In this document: positions 59,812-64,000 of the stretch, piece after piece
Layout: every line of letters starts with the position of its first letter
Numbering within the stretch: the first letter of the stretch is position 1
Source: a virus
Taxonomy: Duplodnaviria; Caudoviricetes
Direction: 5' to 3' (one strand)
Length of the DNA stretch: 64,000 nucleotides
Virus record (IMG/VR): IMGVR_UViG_3300035505_000178
Notes under the pieces: model-generated
The model's input: only the letters and a program-made list of their open reading frames with translations
Databases searched by the model: none
What the model was told of the DNA's origin: nothing
Made by a program: the position numbers and the translations under genes

Positions 59812-59881
59812 GTACAATTGATTTAGATAACACATAATCGACAAGATGAAAATGTTTTAATGTTTTAAATGATTAATTATT

Positions 59882-60448
59882 ATGAGTACAACAGTTTTGA
59901 ATTTCAAGAGAGTAGAGGTAGTAGCAGAGAGCAAAGAGGCAGCATTGGCACAGGTATCAGAGCTTTTCACAACACAGCAGAAGGATGCAACAACTGCATT
60001 TAAGAACTGGAAAAATAAGAAAGGTGGTATTATTAGTGAGCGTGATATTAAGGAGTTTATGTTGGATTACCTTAATCGCAACACTAAGAATTGTCCAGGT
60101 GCTTGCTGTTTGATTACTCTTGAGGCTGCCGTTAAGGATACTCGTGAGCGTCCTTACAAGCAGGTTAATGTAAAGAGCGAGGGTCGTCGTAAGTATAAGA
60201 AGTTCTTCAATATTCTCGACGAGGCAACAAATGAGTTGATTCTCCGAGTTGGTCCAGATAAGACTAAGGCTGAGGCTGCTAATGTTGTTAAGGATCTTTA
60301 CAAGACTGGTGATTTGAAGAAGGATGTAACACTCAGCTTGAGCCATGAGGTAGTAGAGGGTACTTCTGTCGTAATGAAGTTTAAATACACACCTTCTAAG
60401 AACTCTAAGCCAGGTCGTTATGTATTCTTTGGAATTGTAAACGATTAA
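59882..60448 (+). CDS. hypothetical protein, monocistronic
   Basis: Own promoter and terminator; DTRERPY motif. Confidence 0.8.
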   Translation: MSTTVLNFKRVEVVAESKEAALAQVSELFTTQQKDATTAFKNWKNKKGGIISERDIKEFMLDYLNRNTKNCPGACCLITLEAAVKDTRERPYKQVNVKSEGRRKYKKFFNILDEATNELILRVGPDKTKAEAANVVKDLYKTGDLKKDVTLSLSHEVVEGTSVVMKFKYTPSKNSKPGRYVFFGIVND

Positions 60449-60486
60449 TTTTATCATATAAATATCCACTCCTTTTAGGAGATACA

Positions 60487-60520
60487 AGGTCACTGCTCGT
60501 GAGGGTAGTGACCTTTTATT
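60487..60520 (+). terminator. intrinsic terminator
   Basis: AAGGTCACTGCTC-GTGA-GGGTAGTGACCTTTT. Confidence 0.8.
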
Positions 60521-60573
60521 GTCTAGATACCAGCCTAACGGCTTAACTTAACAATTGAATAAAACAATTAAAA

Positions 60574-62103
60574 ATGAAAATTTCAACTATTAAAAAGTAT
60601 ATCGACATCATCACACTTGCTAAAAACAGTAACAAATCTCTTAAATCTTATTGCGATGAGAATAACATTTGCTATAATAATGTAGTAAATAATATTCATA
60701 ATCTTAATAAGAAACCAGAACTTACAGAATTGGAAAAGACTCTTGTTGATCTTTATAATTCTGTCAAAGTTTGTAATAAAAAGAAAGAGAATGTTGAGAC
60801 TGATGATAGAGCCAAGACATGGTATTTAAGAGGTGATGATACTAAGATTACTTATTATTGTTATGAAATTTATAAAAAGAATAAAAATCCATTAACAGGT
60901 AAGTTTTCTCGTGAAGAGATGGCTACCATTTATAGATTGTATTCATATTATGGAGATTCACTTACACAAAAATCTGTAGCACGACATTTTCCAGATTTGT
61001 CTCTTGTAGACTTTAAAAGAGTTCTTAGAGCATTTAATATTTATAAAGCTAATAGTCCATTCCCACAACATATGTTGGAGGAATATGACGAAGATACTTT
61101 AAGAGAGATTCAGCTTAGAGAGAAAGAGAATAGTTTTCTTAGAAAAGCTGAAGAAGATGCTATTAAGAATAATGAGAAACTTCTCAAGAAGTATGCACAA
61201 GAGAATATTGACTTAAAGAAACGTCTTGAGGATAAGAAAGATTTTAAGGTTAATCTTCCAAAAGTAAATCCAGTTTATATTACTAAGGAGGAACATTCTT
61301 CTAAGAGTTTAAATGTTTATCTTGCTGACATTCATTTAGGTAGTTATACTGTAACTGGAAGTTTATTTGACGAGAATAGATCTTATGGATTTGAAGAAGC
61401 TAAAAGACGTTTAACTGAAGTTATTTATAAAATTGGAGAACTTGGACATATTGAACATCTTAATATTGTCATGCTTGGCGATAACATTGATTGTTGTGGT
61501 TTTACGGGATACACCGCACGACAAGATCATGTAATGCCTAATAATATGGATGCTAAAGAGCAAGGTAATAAATTTATCGAATTGATTGATTGGTTTGTTA
61601 GCACTCTTGTAATCAATAATATGGCTAACTTTATTAAGATTTATTCTGTTCCAGAAGGAAATCACACTGGAGTATTTGAATATATGTGTGTAAAAGCACT
61701 GTTTGGATATTTAAATGTTAAATTTCCAGATATTGAAACTACTCTGTGGGAGAAATTCTATGGACGATTTGAGCAAAATGGACACGTATTCTATTGCTTA
61801 CATGGTAAGGATGCAGCATTTATGAAACGTCCAATGCCATTAGTAATAGATGACAAAACTAAGGTAATGCTTTATGAGTGGCTTATGAATCAAGGTGAGA
61901 AAGGAAATAATATTCACTTTATTAAAGGTGATTTGCATTCCAATGCACTTAGTTCTTGTAAGAAACTTGATTATAGAAATGTATTGAGTTTATTCGGATC
62001 TTCTGACTATAGTAATTATAACTATTCACAAAACGCATATGGAGTTTCATATGATTTGATGTTAGGAAATAATCTTGTCAGAGGAACTTTTGAGAATATG
62101 TAG
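60574..62103 (+). CDS. calcineurin-like metallophosphoesterase domain protein (TAG stop)
   Basis: ADIHLG, LGDNID, GNH, HG, GDLH. Confidence 0.85.
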   Translation: MKISTIKKYIDIITLAKNSNKSLKSYCDENNICYNNVVNNIHNLNKKPELTELEKTLVDLYNSVKVCNKKKENVETDDRAKTWYLRGDDTKITYYCYEIYKKNKNPLTGKFSREEMATIYRLYSYYGDSLTQKSVARHFPDLSLVDFKRVLRAFNIYKANSPFPQHMLEEYDEDTLREIQLREKENSFLRKAEEDAIKNNEKLLKKYAQENIDLKKRLEDKKDFKVNLPKVNPVYITKEEHSSKSLNVYLADIHLGSYTVTGSLFDENRSYGFEEAKRRLTEVIYKIGELGHIEHLNIVMLGDNIDCCGFTGYTARQDHVMPNNMDAKEQGNKFIELIDWFVSTLVINNMANFIKIYSVPEGNHTGVFEYMCVKALFGYLNVKFPDIETTLWEKFYGRFEQNGHVFYCLHGKDAAFMKRPMPLVIDDKTKVMLYEWLMNQGEKGNNIHFIKGDLHSNALSSCKKLDYRNVLSLFGSSDYSNYNYSQNAYGVSYDLMLGNNLVRGTFENM

Positions 62104-62122
62104 AAATTAAAAACATCTAAAA

Positions 62123-62500
62123 ATGAATAAATTATTAAATTTAGCAATTAGTAGAAAAGGAAAGTATGCTGACAAACATGTTGTTGATATGTATGATAAG
62201 TATCTTCCACTTTTTGAAAAAGTTTGCAAGAATAATCTCGATTCTATAGTTTGGGTAAACGGATATGATGAATTTTATGAACCAGATGAAGTTGAGAGTT
62301 TTCTCCTTGATACTTTAATGGAGACTGCAGTAAATCTCGGTTATTTTCCACATTGTGATGATTCGTTCTTCATTGAAGGAGATGAAGTAGATTATCATTA
62401 TTGTGAAGATGAAGAAGAAGAGCCTATTGAACTAGTTAAAGAAGATCTACAGAAATTTAAAGAGTTGACAGGTATAAATATTGAAGTCGTTGTAATATGA
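62123..62500 (+). CDS. acidic protein, tandem family D
   Basis: YLPLFE…L.E.A…Y.PHC.D…KFKELTGI. Confidence 0.75.
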   Translation: MNKLLNLAISRKGKYADKHVVDMYDKYLPLFEKVCKNNLDSIVWVNGYDEFYEPDEVESFLLDTLMETAVNLGYFPHCDDSFFIEGDEVDYHYCEDEEEEPIELVKEDLQKFKELTGINIEVVVI

Positions 62501-62856
62501 ATAAATTATTTGAAATTCTTTTTAAGAAAGCTTTTGAATACGAAAAGCTTGAAAAGCTTTTTGAAGAATATCTTCCAATTTTTGAAAGTCTTTGTCCTAT
62601 TGACTGTATAGAATGGGATTATATTGATTCTGATGATTTTGATGATATAGACGCACTTAAACAGACTCTTTTAAGTAATCTAATGAGTAATGCATTAAAA
62701 TTAAATTATCTTCCTCATTGTGAAGATCGTTTTGTTATTGCATATGAAGGAGTAGTAGAGTATGAGCCTGACTATTCTGTAGATGATATTGCATCAATTA
62801 GAAAAGATCTTGATAAATTTGAGAATTTAACAGGTATAAGAGTTGAAATTTTATGA
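62497..62856 (+). CDS. acidic protein, tandem family D
   Basis: YLPIFE…YLPHCED…KFENLTGI. Confidence 0.75.
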   Translation: MNKLFEILFKKAFEYEKLEKLFEEYLPIFESLCPIDCIEWDYIDSDDFDDIDALKQTLLSNLMSNALKLNYLPHCEDRFVIAYEGVVEYEPDYSVDDIASIRKDLDKFENLTGIRVEIL

Positions 62857-63218
62857 ATAATTTATTAGAAGCTGTTGTTAAAAATTACGACGGAATTGAT
62901 GATATTGAAGTTCTTTGTTCAGAGTATGAATCTAAATTTGAACATATAGGAGTATCTGATTTTAAAGGACTGTTACTTAGATCTATAGTGCTTCCAGAAG
63001 ATCTTGATAATTTTGAGGATTATCTGATTGAAAATTTAGTTGAGACTGCAATAGAGAATGGTTATCTTAAACATTGTATTCTTGATGATTTTGATTTTAT
63101 AGAAATGCAATATTATTGTTATGAAGATGACGATGAAGAGGAAATTGAATATCGTAGAAATCAAATAGAACAATTTAAGAAATTAACAGGAGTAGAATTT
63201 GAATTTATTGTAGAATGA
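62853..63218 (+). CDS. acidic protein, tandem family D
   Basis: ENLVETA…YLKHC…QFKKLTGV. Confidence 0.75.
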   Translation: MNNLLEAVVKNYDGIDDIEVLCSEYESKFEHIGVSDFKGLLLRSIVLPEDLDNFEDYLIENLVETAIENGYLKHCILDDFDFIEMQYYCYEDDDEEEIEYRRNQIEQFKKLTGVEFEFIVE

Positions 63219-63631
63219 GATTCTTTGAATATTTAACTGAAAACTGGGGATTTAAGTCTAACGTATTAGATTTACTTACTGACTTTGATTCAGATATATT
63301 AGATAGAGTCTTAGATAATTATGCCAGTCTTGAGTTCTTTAATGCTGAATATCAAACTGATTTTGTGTATGATGTTGTATTTGAATATATAAGTGAACAA
63401 TATAGCATTTATGAATTAGTTTACGGAGAAACAAATGATGATATTGATAATGAAGGACTTGACGGAAATTACATTATTCAAGATATTGATGAGTCTTTAT
63501 GTATGGTTATTTTGTGTAAAGAATCTTTCCGAACAATTGATCCAGAACAAGAAGCATCAGAAGAACAATTACAAGAAGCACTGGATACATTAAATAATTC
63601 GCTTCCGATTAAATTTAAATTTGATGAGTAA
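63215..63631 (+). CDS. acidic hypothetical protein
   Basis: ORF track. Confidence 0.7.
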   Translation: MRFFEYLTENWGFKSNVLDLLTDFDSDILDRVLDNYASLEFFNAEYQTDFVYDVVFEYISEQYSIYELVYGETNDDIDNEGLDGNYIIQDIDESLCMVILCKESFRTIDPEQEASEEQLQEALDTLNNSLPIKFKFDE

Positions 63632-63962
63632 AATTCTAAAAGAAATAGTTGATAGTAGCATCACTGTTGATGTTGCTTCTATTCTTTCTGCTTATGAACA
63701 CGCATTTAATATTATAAATGTAAATATTGAAGATTATGATTGGTCTCTTGTTACATTTAAATATCTAGATTCAGAACGAGTAATGAGAAATATCTGTGCT
63801 GAGAATTTAGTTGAAGCCTTAATAGAAAGGTGTCTTCTTCCAGAAGGCACTACATTTCTAGAATCTAATGAGAAAGGATTTATTGTAGAAATGAAAGAGA
63901 AAGATGAACCACTTTTAGATTACCTATCAGATTTAATTAAAATTGAAATAAAATGCAAATAA
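63621..63962 (+). CDS. acidic protein, diverged family D
   Basis: YE..F…ENLVEAL. Confidence 0.7.
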   Translation: MMSKILKEIVDSSITVDVASILSAYEHAFNIINVNIEDYDWSLVTFKYLDSERVMRNICAENLVEALIERCLLPEGTTFLESNEKGFIVEMKEKDEPLLDYLSDLIKIEIKCK

Positions 63963-64000
63963 CAATCGAACAATTATTACAAGGAAAAGCCACTAGAATT

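Noticed and set aside
21640-61665. Minus-strand ORFs opposite the + strand gene block (e.g. 21846-22127, 45064-45384, 55574-55903, 59957-60493)
   Set aside because: Antisense shadows of well-formed genes, with no recognisable motifs.

Overview
AT-rich 64-kb segment of a crAss-like (Crassvirales, Bacteroidetes-infecting) phage genome that uses two genetic codes. From 1 to about 19.8 kb, the late genes (tail/structural genes, portal, large terminase, cell-wall enzymes) look shattered in the ORF track. They become long, abutting ORFs when TAG is read as Gln (code 15). Internal LysM repeats align TAG with CAA/CAG three times. From 21.6 to 64 kb, early/middle genes tile in the standard code: small paralogous ORF families, a tRNA/ncRNA cluster at 41.9-44.6 kb, and a replication module (RNase H, SF2 helicase, DnaB, AAA ATPase, SSB-like protein, primase, resolvase, exonuclease). 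The most striking element is a tRNA-Gln-like amber suppressor (20458-20758, minus strand) whose CUA anticodon is split by a 229-nt group I intron, so the code switch may depend on self-splicing. Other notable items: a second atypical CUA tRNA, a resolvase apparently gated by one TAG at codon 5, hammerhead ribozymes in early leaders, several anticodon-defective or permuted tRNA mimics, a repeated antisense-like tract plus conserved hairpin between tRNAs, a shared promoter with phased TTTTAAC repeats, and an ACGX-type peptide. All annotation was done by eye with no database searches, so family names are recognitions and not search hits.
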